IMG/VR virus record: IMGVR_UViG_3300042363_001075
Span: 5,141 to 69,140 of that record
Length of the DNA stretch: 64,000 nucleotides
Strand: one strand, 5' to 3'
DNA from: a virus
Lineage: Duplodnaviria; Caudoviricetes
The notes below the pieces were generated by a model, which was not told the DNA's origin, made no database searches, and saw only the letters and a list, made by a program, of their open reading frames with translations. A program made the translations under genes and the position numbers. The number at the start of each line of letters is the position of its first letter. Position 1 is the first letter of the stretch. Of the stretch, positions 15,971-26,126 are shown in pieces.

Positions 15971-15990
15971 TATTTTACAATAGATTTATG

Positions 15991-16018
15991 AAACCCACTT
16001 TTACGAGTGGGTTTTTTT
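15991..16018 (+). terminator. Rho-independent terminator
   Basis: AAACCCACT-TTTACG-AGTGGGTTT followed by a T-tract. Confidence 0.85.
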
Positions 16019-16065
16019 GTTGATTATTCTGAAATTTTGGCTTATAATTTTACAAAGAAAAAATT

Positions 16066-17277
16066 ATGTCAAAAATTAATGTATTAGTCCTACCCTCGGA
16101 CACAAGTGGTGTTGGTAAATTCAGATCAGTATCCCCACACATAAAACTTCAAAATTTATACCCTGATGATTTTCATGTCGATATTGATTACGCACCAAAG
16201 TTAAATGATGTAAATTTTTGGAAAAAATACCAAATCGTTCATTTTCATAGAAGTGTTGGTCAAATGGAGAATTGCCCAAGTTTAATAAAAAATCTAAGGA
16301 ATATGGGTATTGTTGTGATTGCCGATATCGATGATTATTGGTTACCAACTAAAGAACACCCAATTCACCAATTGATTCTCGAAAATAAAATGAATTTAAA
16401 AATTATTGAGAATCTTAAAGCAGCAAGTTATGTAACAACAACAACAGAACTATTTGCAAATGAAATAAGAAAGTTCAACAAGAATGTTATAGTTTTACCT
16501 AACGCAATTGACCCAACTGAAGGTCAGTTTACTCAACCTACATTACCATCAGATAAAGTCAGAGTTGGTTGGTTAGGAGGATCATCACACTTACATGATT
16601 TAAAATTATTAGATGGTATGGTAAGTAAGTTACAACCTATCCAAGACAAGTTACAATTTTATGTTTGTGGTTTTGATATCAGAGGAACTGTTACTGAATT
16701 GAACAAACAAACGGGAGAACAAAAACAACGACCAATAAAACCTGAGGAAACTGTTTGGGTTAGATATGAAGAAATTTTTACAAATAACTATAAAATTGTT
16801 TCACCTGAGTACAAACAATTTTTAGATAACTTTGAGGATTCTGTTTATCCTAATTTGAATAACGAAAATTATGTTCGAGTTTGGACAAGACCTGTAGACT
16901 CTTACGCAAGAAACTACTCAAACTTTGATATCTCTTTAGCGCCAATTAAAAACCATGTTTTCAACAGAATGAAATCTCAGCTCAAAGTTATTGAGGCAGG
17001 TTTTTACAAAAAAGCTTTAATCGCATCAAATGTTGGTCCTTACACAATTGATTTAAAACACGCAATGAAAAATGGTGAATTCACTGACGGTAACGCACTT
17101 TTAGTTGATGAACCAAAAAATCATAGTGATTGGGCTAAGTACATTAAAAAATTGGTTGACAATCCAAATATGATTGTTGATCTTGGTGAAAGACTATATG
17201 AAACTGTTAGTCACAAATACCATTTAGACACTGTAACACACGAAAGAGCATCATTTTATAAATCCTTAATTAAATAA
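16066..17277 (+). CDS. GT-B fold glycosyltransferase (GT4-like)
   Basis: VGWLGGSSHLHDL, FDISLAPI...KSQLKVIEAG...IASNVGPY. Confidence 0.8.
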   Translation: MSKINVLVLPSDTSGVGKFRSVSPHIKLQNLYPDDFHVDIDYAPKLNDVNFWKKYQIVHFHRSVGQMENCPSLIKNLRNMGIVVIADIDDYWLPTKEHPIHQLILENKMNLKIIENLKAASYVTTTTELFANEIRKFNKNVIVLPNAIDPTEGQFTQPTLPSDKVRVGWLGGSSHLHDLKLLDGMVSKLQPIQDKLQFYVCGFDIRGTVTELNKQTGEQKQRPIKPEETVWVRYEEIFTNNYKIVSPEYKQFLDNFEDSVYPNLNNENYVRVWTRPVDSYARNYSNFDISLAPIKNHVFNRMKSQLKVIEAGFYKKALIASNVGPYTIDLKHAMKNGEFTDGNALLVDEPKNHSDWAKYIKKLVDNPNMIVDLGERLYETVSHKYHLDTVTHERASFYKSLIK

Positions 17278-17280
17278 GAC

Positions 17281-18006
17281 ATGATTAATATCCCAATTAC
17301 AAAAATTTTATTTTTAGATATAGAGACAGTTGGTAGTTGTAAAGACTATCAAACTTGTATAAAATCAAATCCTCGAGTTGCAGAACAGTTTGACAAGTAT
17401 TTTGATTGGTTTTTAAAAAGATTCCCTGAAGATAAAGAATGGGCTGAAGATAGGTCAACAGAAGAACACATGGACATGGTGTTTAGATCAAGAGCGGCAC
17501 TTGTTCCTGAATTCGCAAAAATTGTTTGTGTTTCTATGGCCTTTGTTTTAGATAATGGTGAAACAAAAAAACAAACATTCTCAGGTGATGATGAACACAA
17601 ATTACTTAGCGAGGTTAGAGATCTTTTAAATCGTTGTCATAAATTAGATTTTTATCTTTGTGGTCATAACCTTAAAAACTTTGATATTCCTATGTTGGCA
17701 AAACGAATGATTATCAACGGAATTATGCCATCAAAGATTCTCCCTTCATACGATACAAAACCTTGGGAGATTAAAGCAATTGATACAAAAGAAATTTGGC
17801 AGTACGGAGCATACACGGCTATTGGGTCTTTGGATTTGATGTGTGCTTGTTTGGACATCCCAACCCCAAAAGATGGTGAAGTTAATGGAGGTATGGTTCA
17901 TAGTGCTTATTGGGAACAAAGTAGGTTAAAAGAAATTTCTGAATACTGTGAAAGAGATGTTGAGGTATTAATTGACGCAATAATAAAATTAAAAAGTTTA
18001 AAATGA
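17281..18006 (+). CDS. DEDD 3'-5' exonuclease (PolB-exonuclease-like, stand-alone)
   Basis: FLDIET, GHNLKNFDIPML and YCERDV motifs. Confidence 0.85.
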   Translation: MINIPITKILFLDIETVGSCKDYQTCIKSNPRVAEQFDKYFDWFLKRFPEDKEWAEDRSTEEHMDMVFRSRAALVPEFAKIVCVSMAFVLDNGETKKQTFSGDDEHKLLSEVRDLLNRCHKLDFYLCGHNLKNFDIPMLAKRMIINGIMPSKILPSYDTKPWEIKAIDTKEIWQYGAYTAIGSLDLMCACLDIPTPKDGEVNGGMVHSAYWEQSRLKEISEYCERDVEVLIDAIIKLKSLK

Positions 18007-18605
18007 TAGAAAACGATAAAAATCCCGAAGAGGAGAATTTTGATGACTTATTAGAAATGTTAAATTCTTTTGATGGTGACTCGCCAACAGATTATGATAA
18101 ATTTATGGACGCATTGGGTATTGATTTTGATGATTTAGATTCTGAAGCAATAAGAGATGCATATCTTTTAGATTTAGAATTTAGCAAATCTCATCCTGAT
18201 GCAATGGACCCGATTCACGCTTATCCAACAGATTCAGGATTTGATCTCTATTCTACAGAAGATATTTGGATTCACTCTTTTGATAGAAAGTTAATCCCAA
18301 CAGGATTACATTTTAACATTCCTGATGGATATGAATTACAAGTAAGATCAAAAAGTGGATTAGCACTTAAACAAGGATTAATGGTATTAAATTCACCAGG
18401 AACAATCGATCAAGGATATACAGGAGAAATTCAAGTAATTGTATTCAATACAACCAAAGAAAATGTTAAAATAAAAAAAGGACAAAAAATTGCTCAAGGT
18501 GTTTTGTGTCCAGTTGTTTCAGGAAAATGGATCAGAATGAAACAAACAGAAAAAATAAAAGAGAAGGATAGAAACGATAACGGTTTCGGGAGTACAGGAG
18601 TATGA
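18003..18605 (+). CDS. dut: dUTPase with acidic N-terminal extension
   Basis: DSGFDL, RSKSGLA, PGTIDQGYTGEI and RNDNGFGSTG motifs. Confidence 0.95.
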   Translation: MIENDKNPEEENFDDLLEMLNSFDGDSPTDYDKFMDALGIDFDDLDSEAIRDAYLLDLEFSKSHPDAMDPIHAYPTDSGFDLYSTEDIWIHSFDRKLIPTGLHFNIPDGYELQVRSKSGLALKQGLMVLNSPGTIDQGYTGEIQVIVFNTTKENVKIKKGQKIAQGVLCPVVSGKWIRMKQTEKIKEKDRNDNGFGSTGV

Positions 18606-20011
18606 TTACAATAGGATTTTCAACAAGAAGTCATAACCAAGAATACATTGATTATTTACAAAAAACATCAATGTATAAAGATGTGGAGGTTATTGAAAAA
18701 ATTAATAACGGTTATAAGTCATTGTCTGAAGTTTACAACGAAATTTTAAGTGAGTCAAAATATGATGTTGTTGTTTTATGTCATGACGATTTAGAGTTTG
18801 ATACAAAGAATTGGGGTGATAAAGTATTGAAGCACATAACAAAAAATCCTGAGTACGGAATCTTTGGTTTAGCCGGTTCAAAATATTTAGATTCAACTGC
18901 CAAATGGTGGGAAGTAAACTCTACAATGTATGGGATTGTTAATCACAAACATCAAGGAAAAAAATGGACAAGCGTGTACTCAAAAGATTTGGGTAATAAA
19001 GTTGAAGATGTTGTTTTAGTTGATGGTCTTTTTATTGTTGTTAATAAAAAGAAAATTAAACATAATTTTGACGAAAGTATTAAAGGCTTCCATTTTTATG
19101 ATCTTGGATTTTGTTTACCAAACTTTGTTGATGGAGTTAAAGTTGGTGTAATGTTCGATGTTAGAGTGACTCACCTCTCAATTGGACAAACTAATCAACA
19201 ATGGGAAGATAACAGAATTGAGTTTTCTAAAAGATACGAAAATGTTTTACCTATAGATATAAACGATAAAACTCAAAGTGAGACATTTATTTTCATTCAT
19301 GACCAAGATTTAATTTTAGATTTTGAATCGAAGAAAAAATTCTCAAACTTATATAAATACACATATGTTTTTTTAGGTCAAAGACCGACTGATAAACTAT
19401 CAGATATACCAAACATATTAATTGCAAGAAATTATGAGTATAATTTAGAATCATACCCACTATTTACTTCATATACAGGTTGGTATTTCTTATGGAAGAA
19501 TAATTTCATCAAAACAAATTATATTAACCTATTAGAATACGATGTAATTTTGGATAAAAATTTTGATCAAATACATACTAAATTTTACAATGAGAGAGTT
19601 GAAATGATCGGGTATGTCCCTTTTCCAATAAACCATTTTCAATTTGTAATGAATCCTGAATGGAATGAACACATATTACCAATCATTCAAAATAAAAACA
19701 AAGTGGATTTAAAAAAATATTTTACTAAAATTTCTGAGAACAACCCAAATGCGGTTTGGTCATCAACATCAAACACCACATTTAGGTCTGACATATTTGA
19801 TCAATACATGAAGTGGTTCGAACCGATTGGAGATCAAATAAAAGAAACCAAAACCTGTGGTCACGCACATGAAAGGTCCATAACTTTTTTCACTCATTTG
19901 ATGAGTAAAAAAATGTTAATAACAAATAATGTGTTAAAACATTTACAACTAGACTCACACAAGACTCAAGGTCATAAAGTAAACTTAGAAGAAAGTTTAA
20001 ACAAATTGTAA
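18602..20011 (+). CDS. GT-A glycosyltransferase-like domain fused to a second domain
   Basis: YNEIL...VVLCHDDLEF, VVLVDGLFI, FHFYDLGFCL; C-terminal LLEYDVIL and GHAHERSI. Confidence 0.7.
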   Translation: MITIGFSTRSHNQEYIDYLQKTSMYKDVEVIEKINNGYKSLSEVYNEILSESKYDVVVLCHDDLEFDTKNWGDKVLKHITKNPEYGIFGLAGSKYLDSTAKWWEVNSTMYGIVNHKHQGKKWTSVYSKDLGNKVEDVVLVDGLFIVVNKKKIKHNFDESIKGFHFYDLGFCLPNFVDGVKVGVMFDVRVTHLSIGQTNQQWEDNRIEFSKRYENVLPIDINDKTQSETFIFIHDQDLILDFESKKKFSNLYKYTYVFLGQRPTDKLSDIPNILIARNYEYNLESYPLFTSYTGWYFLWKNNFIKTNYINLLEYDVILDKNFDQIHTKFYNERVEMIGYVPFPINHFQFVMNPEWNEHILPIIQNKNKVDLKKYFTKISENNPNAVWSSTSNTTFRSDIFDQYMKWFEPIGDQIKETKTCGHAHERSITFFTHLMSKKMLITNNVLKHLQLDSHKTQGHKVNLEESLNKL

Positions 20012-20015
20012 AAAA

Positions 20016-20675
20016 ATGAATTATTTAAGTTTTAGTTTATGGGGAGATAAACCATTTTACAATGTAGGGGCAATCAGAAACTCCGAACTGATAAAATCAG
20101 TTTACCCAAATTGGAAAATGATTTTATATTATGACAATACGACCCCTCAAGAAACAATACAAGAATTATTAAAAAATGATGTCCTGTGTTTTGATGTCAC
20201 CGAAAAAAACATTTATGGTCCTTTTTGGAGATTTTACGCGGCAGACTTACCTGACGCTGAATATGTCTGTTTTAGAGATTGCGATTCAAGAATATCAGAA
20301 CGAGAATATTTGGCAGTAGTCGAATGGATTAATAGTGGAAAAACTCTTCATGTAATGAGAGATCATCCAGCACATAGAATTCCTTATGGAAATAATGAGA
20401 TGGGAATTCTTGCCGGTATGTGGGGTTTAAAAACAAAAAAAATATTCCTTACTGAAATGATAAATGATTTTTGTAAAAACAATCAACCAACATATGGTGC
20501 GGATCAAAAATTTTTAAAACACATCTATAAAACATTTAAAAATGATAAATGTACCCATGATGAATTTTTTGAAAAAAACCCATTCCCAACTAAAAGACAA
20601 AACGGAAGATTCATTGGTGAAAGAATAAACATCGATGAAAAACCATTAACTAATGATCATTTAATTTTATTATGA
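20016..20675 (+). CDS. Putative glycosyltransferase (GT-A-like)
   Basis: SFSLWGDKPFY, FRDCDSR (DxD), RDHPAH, ILAGMWG, YGADQKFL. Confidence 0.55.
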   Translation: MNYLSFSLWGDKPFYNVGAIRNSELIKSVYPNWKMILYYDNTTPQETIQELLKNDVLCFDVTEKNIYGPFWRFYAADLPDAEYVCFRDCDSRISEREYLAVVEWINSGKTLHVMRDHPAHRIPYGNNEMGILAGMWGLKTKKIFLTEMINDFCKNNQPTYGADQKFLKHIYKTFKNDKCTHDEFFEKNPFPTKRQNGRFIGERINIDEKPLTNDHLILL

Positions 20676-21427
20676 AAATAGACTACGCAATAATGAGTAG
20701 CGATTCAAACCCTACTTATTTAGATTTTTGGCCAATAGTTTCCAAAATTTGGAAAGAACACTTTAACATTACTCCGGTCTTGTATTATATAGACAATAAC
20801 CAAGATGTGGAAATAGATGAAACTTACGGTATTGTTATTAAAATGTTACCTGAACCAAAAGTACCAATATACCTTCAATGCCTTTGGGTAAGATATTGGT
20901 GTTTTACTCAATATCCTGATGATGTATGTATTATTTCAGACATTGATATGATTCCGCTATCTAAAAAGTATTTTGTTGATAATATATCCGATATAAATGA
21001 TGAAAAATATGTTCACCTAAATCCTTGTTATGCATCTTATGGTACACTCCCGTCTTGTTACCATGTTTCAAAAGGTAAAACATTTACTAAAATGTTAGAA
21101 TTGGATATGGATTGGCCTACAAGTATAAATAAATTACATTCATTAAATTTAGGTAGAGACCCAGGTGGTCATTTAAGTGGAAAAAAACAATGGTTTGCGG
21201 ATGAAAAATTTTCTTCTGACAAAATATTTGAATACAAAAAAAATAATATGGATGATGTAATATTTTTACACAGGGAAGGTGGTCAAAACGGATTTAGAAT
21301 AGATAGGTTAAGGTGGTCTTATGATCCATCTTTGGTAAAAAGTGGTTACTATTACGATTCCCATAGTGTAAGACCTTATTTGGAATATAAGGATAAAATT
21401 GATAATCTTGTTAATTTGGTTTTATGA
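20672..21427 (+). CDS. Putative glycosyltransferase
   Basis: YLDFWPIVSKIW, CIISDIDMIPL (DxD), YYDSHSVRPY. Confidence 0.55.
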   Translation: MKIDYAIMSSDSNPTYLDFWPIVSKIWKEHFNITPVLYYIDNNQDVEIDETYGIVIKMLPEPKVPIYLQCLWVRYWCFTQYPDDVCIISDIDMIPLSKKYFVDNISDINDEKYVHLNPCYASYGTLPSCYHVSKGKTFTKMLELDMDWPTSINKLHSLNLGRDPGGHLSGKKQWFADEKFSSDKIFEYKKNNMDDVIFLHREGGQNGFRIDRLRWSYDPSLVKSGYYYDSHSVRPYLEYKDKIDNLVNLVL

Positions 21428-22059
21428 AATTGATTATTTTAGTTTTATCTTACGACGATAATGGAATTTATACTAAATTTTACAAATCACAAATGGAAAC
21501 TTGGGATAGTGTTAATATTGGTAATGTTTCAACATATTATTACTTTGGTAACCATGAATGTGATGAAATGTGTGGTAATAAAATATTAACGAGTATAAGT
21601 GAGAGTTTTGAAAACTGCGGTCACAAGTTATTAAATTCCTTGGAATTAATTAAAGATTTAGACTATGATTTTATCTTCAGGACTAATTCTAGTTCTTATG
21701 TTGATAAATCTATTTTATATGACAATTTATCTAAAATAAAAGATCTTAATTACTATGCCGGCATTAATGGTAATTTTAGAAATGTTAGTTACGCCTCAGG
21801 ATCAGGTTTTGTAATGACAAAAAATTTAGTAAATCTTATTTTAGAAAATAAATCAAATTTTGAACATGATTTAATTGATGATGTTGCAGTTGGCAAACTT
21901 GTTGGTGATTTAGGAGTCCCTTTATATTCCACAGAAAGGTTTGATATCAATAATAATAACCATATCGCTAAAAATCATTATCATTATAGAATTAAAACCA
22001 ATAATAGAGAAAACGATATATCAACTATGTATAAAATACATGAAATAAAAACAAAATAA
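21424..22059 (+). CDS. GT31/Fringe-like glycosyltransferase
   Basis: FIFRTNSSSYVD, YASGSGFVMT, IDDVAVG. Confidence 0.6.
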   Translation: MKLIILVLSYDDNGIYTKFYKSQMETWDSVNIGNVSTYYYFGNHECDEMCGNKILTSISESFENCGHKLLNSLELIKDLDYDFIFRTNSSSYVDKSILYDNLSKIKDLNYYAGINGNFRNVSYASGSGFVMTKNLVNLILENKSNFEHDLIDDVAVGKLVGDLGVPLYSTERFDINNNNHIAKNHYHYRIKTNNRENDISTMYKIHEIKTK

Positions 22060-22067
22060 CTTTATAC

Positions 22068-22730
22068 ATGATTAAGATAGCAATAGCAACAAACAAAAAT
22101 TTCAGCCAATTTAGTTTACCTATAATTTTGAAATCTCTCATTGATTGTCAAATAAACTTAGACGACATTATCGTATTCCATGCCGGATATGATGAAAGAG
22201 AAGAAAAAATTATTGACGGAATAAAAAATATTTTTTTAAATCACAACTCATTCGAGTATAGTCCTCTTATAGATATTTGTGAAAACAATTTAGAATCTGA
22301 GTATTGGTTTTTAATTCATGATACTTGTAAAGTTGGTCCTCGATTTAAGGAATTATTGTATAATATACCTGAAGATAAACCCGAAAAACTTGCTTTAAAA
22401 TCTAGACCAGCAATGTCTATAGGTTTATACAAATATAGTTATTTAAAGAGTGTTGAACAAAAAATTTTCACGATAAAGAACACCGACTACTCCCATGAGT
22501 CAATGATGAAGTGGAAACTTTGGGGTGTACCAAATGAAGACTTTATATTGTGGATGACCGAACCTAACCCAAAATTTTGTAACAACAGAGATGAATGGAG
22601 TGTAGTTGATAATGAAAATTGGTACGGTACAAATACCACAAGAAGAACTGAATACTATCCATCTTTAGATATCTATAAAAATAAATCTAATTGGGGTCAG
22701 ACAGGAAATAATATGGTCCTACACATTTAA
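22068..22730 (+). CDS. Hypothetical protein, possibly glycosyltransferase-like
   Basis: In glycan operon; NSFEYSPL and YWFLIHDTC motifs. Confidence 0.45.
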   Translation: MIKIAIATNKNFSQFSLPIILKSLIDCQINLDDIIVFHAGYDEREEKIIDGIKNIFLNHNSFEYSPLIDICENNLESEYWFLIHDTCKVGPRFKELLYNIPEDKPEKLALKSRPAMSIGLYKYSYLKSVEQKIFTIKNTDYSHESMMKWKLWGVPNEDFILWMTEPNPKFCNNRDEWSVVDNENWYGTNTTRRTEYYPSLDIYKNKSNWGQTGNNMVLHI

Positions 22731-22732
22731 GT

Positions 22733-23719
22733 ATGAAAATAGCAATAATTGGTGGTGGATGGGTTGGATGTCATTTAACAAAAAATTTAATAGATCTTCA
22801 TCAAGTAGATTTATTCGAAAAGAACGATCTTCTTTTTTTGGAGACTTCGTCTAAAAATCAAAATAGGTTACATTACGGGTTTCATTATTCTAGAAATTAC
22901 AAAACAAGAAATTTGTGTAAAATAACATTCGATAGGTTTATAGATGAATATGGGTTTATTGTTTCAGAAATAGAAAAAAATTATTACTGTATACCTAAAA
23001 AAGAATCATTAATTGATTTCCAAACCTACATAAAAATTTTCGAGGATTACGACTTAACTATAGTGGATAATAATTTTACTGAAATTGAGGGGTGTTTAAA
23101 CACAAAAGAAAAACACATCGATTACAAAAAATCTAAATTATACTTCAATGAGATATTAAAAAATAATTTTATTAAAAAAGAAATCAAAGAATCAGACTTA
23201 GTCAGTCTAAAAAAAGATTATGATTTAGTTATAAATTGTACAAATAATTTTTTAAATTCTTCTTCATCGGATGATCATTTTTATGAAATAACAATATCTT
23301 TTTTGTACCGTAAAATAAACGAAATTGAATTTGACGCATTAACTTTGGTCGACGGTAATTTATTTTCAATATACCCTTATTCTGAAAATTTATTTACAGT
23401 TACTGATGTTGAGTTTACACCAATAAAAAAAGTTTTAGATTCAAATTCTTTGGGTGATGAGGTTAAAAAAATTAAAGAATCTGATCATTCCGAAAGGAGG
23501 AAAAAAATTGAGTCTAAGATTAAAAAATATTACAAAAATTTTAATCAAAATTTTGTTTACGATTCTTTTTTTATATCTATTAAATCTAAAGTTGTTTCAG
23601 AGTCGGATGATAGAAGTCCTATAATTCGTTCTGAAGATAACTTGATAAATGTCTTTACAGGTAAAATTCAAGGAGTTTATTTTGTTGAGGATTTTGTTAA
23701 AAATATTTTAAACACATGA
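22733..23719 (+). CDS. FAD-dependent oxidoreductase
   Basis: N-terminal IAIIGGGWVG...LFEK Rossmann fold; SSKNQNRLHYGFHY. Confidence 0.8.
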   Translation: MKIAIIGGGWVGCHLTKNLIDLHQVDLFEKNDLLFLETSSKNQNRLHYGFHYSRNYKTRNLCKITFDRFIDEYGFIVSEIEKNYYCIPKKESLIDFQTYIKIFEDYDLTIVDNNFTEIEGCLNTKEKHIDYKKSKLYFNEILKNNFIKKEIKESDLVSLKKDYDLVINCTNNFLNSSSSDDHFYEITISFLYRKINEIEFDALTLVDGNLFSIYPYSENLFTVTDVEFTPIKKVLDSNSLGDEVKKIKESDHSERRKKIESKIKKYYKNFNQNFVYDSFFISIKSKVVSESDDRSPIIRSEDNLINVFTGKIQGVYFVEDFVKNILNT

Positions 23720-24483
23720 AAGTATTAATAGGTCATACAGGGTTGGTTGGATCAACTTTAACCGATAAAATTAAATTTGATTTTTTATTCAACACTAAAA
23801 ATATAGAAACATTCAATAACTACAATTTTGATGGTTATGATTTGTATCTGTCTTGTTTACCAGCAACAAAGTGGATGGTAAATAAAAACATTACCTCAGA
23901 TTTAAATAACATGATTTCTATCATCGATATAATATCTAAATTTAATTATAATAAAATTTATCTAATATCGACTATTGATGTTTATTGTGATTCGCCTTTG
24001 GAGTCTGATGAAAACTACAATCCTAATTTTTCAGATCTTAATTATGGGTCAAATAGATTGTTGTTTGAAAAATTAATTAAAAATTACTTAACATACGAAA
24101 AAATCTATACTTTTAGATTACCAGCAGTTTTTAATAAAAAAATTAAAAAAAATGTAATTTACGATTTGATAAATAATAATAATGTCGATCAAATCAATGT
24201 TAATTCAAAATACCAATGGTACAATTTAGATTACCTTGATGAGGACATTAATTTTTTAATTAGTACTTTTCCAAACGAAACAATCTTTAATTTATTTACA
24301 GAACCAATTGACACAAAAGAAATTGTCGATCTTTTTGAAAACCATAAAGATAAAGTAGTATATAATAAAAATTCTGTAGTTTACGATTTTAAAACAAAGC
24401 ATTTTGTGTCGGGTTATTTAAAAAATAAAACTGAAATATTTGATGAAATAAAAAAATTTGTAAATGAATTTAGCGGTAAGTAA
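23716..24483 (+). CDS. NAD-dependent sugar epimerase/dehydratase-like protein
   Basis: LIGHTGLVGS, LISTIDVY, YGSNR, FRLPAVF. Confidence 0.7.
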   Translation: MKVLIGHTGLVGSTLTDKIKFDFLFNTKNIETFNNYNFDGYDLYLSCLPATKWMVNKNITSDLNNMISIIDIISKFNYNKIYLISTIDVYCDSPLESDENYNPNFSDLNYGSNRLLFEKLIKNYLTYEKIYTFRLPAVFNKKIKKNVIYDLINNNNVDQINVNSKYQWYNLDYLDEDINFLISTFPNETIFNLFTEPIDTKEIVDLFENHKDKVVYNKNSVVYDFKTKHFVSGYLKNKTEIFDEIKKFVNEFSGK

Positions 24484-25219
24484 TTTAGCTTGGGAATCCA
24501 AAGATTTATCAAGTGTATTGAAAATATTAAAAGATCAAAAAATTAAGAACATAGAGGGTGTTATCAGTAAAATTAGTCCATGGGATGATTTAAGTGATGA
24601 CAAGTTGAGGGAATTCAGGTTAATACTAAGTGATTATGAAATAAAGATCCCATCTTTACAGTCAATTTTTTTTGGTACTCAGATCTCTTCTCTTAATGAA
24701 GAAAAATTAGTTTTAGAACATTTTGAAAAATTAAAACACATATCCAAAGTACTTGGTGTATCCACCTTAGTATTTGGTTCACCAAACCTTAGAAAAAAAA
24801 GTAACTCAAATTTTGTTGAAACATTTAAAAAAATTGATGAGGTATTTGATGGAGAAAACATAACATTATGTATTGAACCTAACACTAAAATTTATGGTGG
24901 TGATTTTTTCTTTACAGTCAATGAAATTATTAACTTTATTAATTTGGGTAAGTTTAAAAATATTAAAACTATGATCGACACTCATAATATAATATTAGAA
25001 GACCAAGACCCTATTCGTATACTTAGAAACAATTTTGATTACATTTCTCACATACACATATCTGAAAAAAAATTATCTCCGATTGAAGATGTAAAATTTC
25101 ATGAGGACTTTTCATCGGAACTTAAACAACTCAAATATGATAAAATAATAACCTATGAGGTTTTACCTTGTGATAATATAAAAAAAGAAATAAAATTATT
25201 TACAGAAATTTATGGATAA
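24464..25219 (+). CDS. Sugar-phosphate isomerase/epimerase (xylose isomerase-like TIM barrel)
   Basis: LVFGSPNLR, LCIEPN, MIDTHN, HIHISE, ITYE metal-binding motifs. Confidence 0.8.
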   Translation: MNLAVSNLAWESKDLSSVLKILKDQKIKNIEGVISKISPWDDLSDDKLREFRLILSDYEIKIPSLQSIFFGTQISSLNEEKLVLEHFEKLKHISKVLGVSTLVFGSPNLRKKSNSNFVETFKKIDEVFDGENITLCIEPNTKIYGGDFFFTVNEIINFINLGKFKNIKTMIDTHNIILEDQDPIRILRNNFDYISHIHISEKKLSPIEDVKFHEDFSSELKQLKYDKIITYEVLPCDNIKKEIKLFTEIYG

Positions 25220-26126
25220 AATTTTAATTACAGGAGGAAATGGTTTGGTTGGTTCTGAATTCAAAGGAGACCAATACCTCAAACCTAGTTCTAAAGAATA
25301 TGATCTTACAGATAAAGATCAAACCTATCGTTTAATGTTAAAAGGTTTTGACGGTATAATACATTGTGCTGCGAAAGTTGGTGGTGTTGGTGCCAACATG
25401 AATTATAAAGGTGAGTTTTTTTACGATAACATTATGATCAACACAAATGTTATTGAGGGTGCAAGACTATCAGGAGTTAAAAACTTAGTCGCATTTTTAT
25501 CAACCTGTATTTTTCCAAATGAGGTAGATTACCCATTAACCGAAAAAAAAATTCACTTAGGACCACCTCATTTTTCTAACGACGCATATGCGTACGCCAA
25601 AAGAATGACGGACATTCAAATACGATCATATAATGAACAATATGGTTTAAATTATAAATCTGTAATACCTACAAACATTTATGGTCCAAATGACAACTAT
25701 GATATTCAGAATGGTCATGTCGTTCCTTCATTAATCCACAAATGTTTTTTAGCTAGAGAAAATAAAACACCACTTACTATTTGGGGTTCTGGAACTCCAC
25801 TTAGAGAGTTTATTTTCAGTAAAGATGTCGCAAAACTTACGGAATGGGTACTACACAATTATAAAGAAAATGAACCAATAATACTGTCTACATCGGAAGA
25901 AATTTCAATAAAAGATGTTGTAGGTATGATAGTAGAATTAATGAACTTCAAAGAAGATGTTTTATTTGATTCTACAAAACCAGATGGCCAATTTAGGAAA
26001 CCTTCGGATAATTCCAAAATAAAAAACTATCTACCTAACTTTAAGTTCACACCCATGTACGAAGGGTTAAAAGAAACTATTGAGTATTTCGAAAAAAATT
26101 ATAATCTTATAAGAAAAAATGGATAA
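25212..26126 (+). CDS. fcl: GDP-L-fucose synthase
   Basis: ITGGNGLVGS, HCAAKVGG, FLSTCIFP, YAYAKR, PTNIYGP, WGSGTPLREF, KPDGQFRK. Confidence 0.92.
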   Translation: MDKILITGGNGLVGSEFKGDQYLKPSSKEYDLTDKDQTYRLMLKGFDGIIHCAAKVGGVGANMNYKGEFFYDNIMINTNVIEGARLSGVKNLVAFLSTCIFPNEVDYPLTEKKIHLGPPHFSNDAYAYAKRMTDIQIRSYNEQYGLNYKSVIPTNIYGPNDNYDIQNGHVVPSLIHKCFLARENKTPLTIWGSGTPLREFIFSKDVAKLTEWVLHNYKENEPIILSTSEEISIKDVVGMIVELMNFKEDVLFDSTKPDGQFRKPSDNSKIKNYLPNFKFTPMYEGLKETIEYFEKNYNLIRKNG

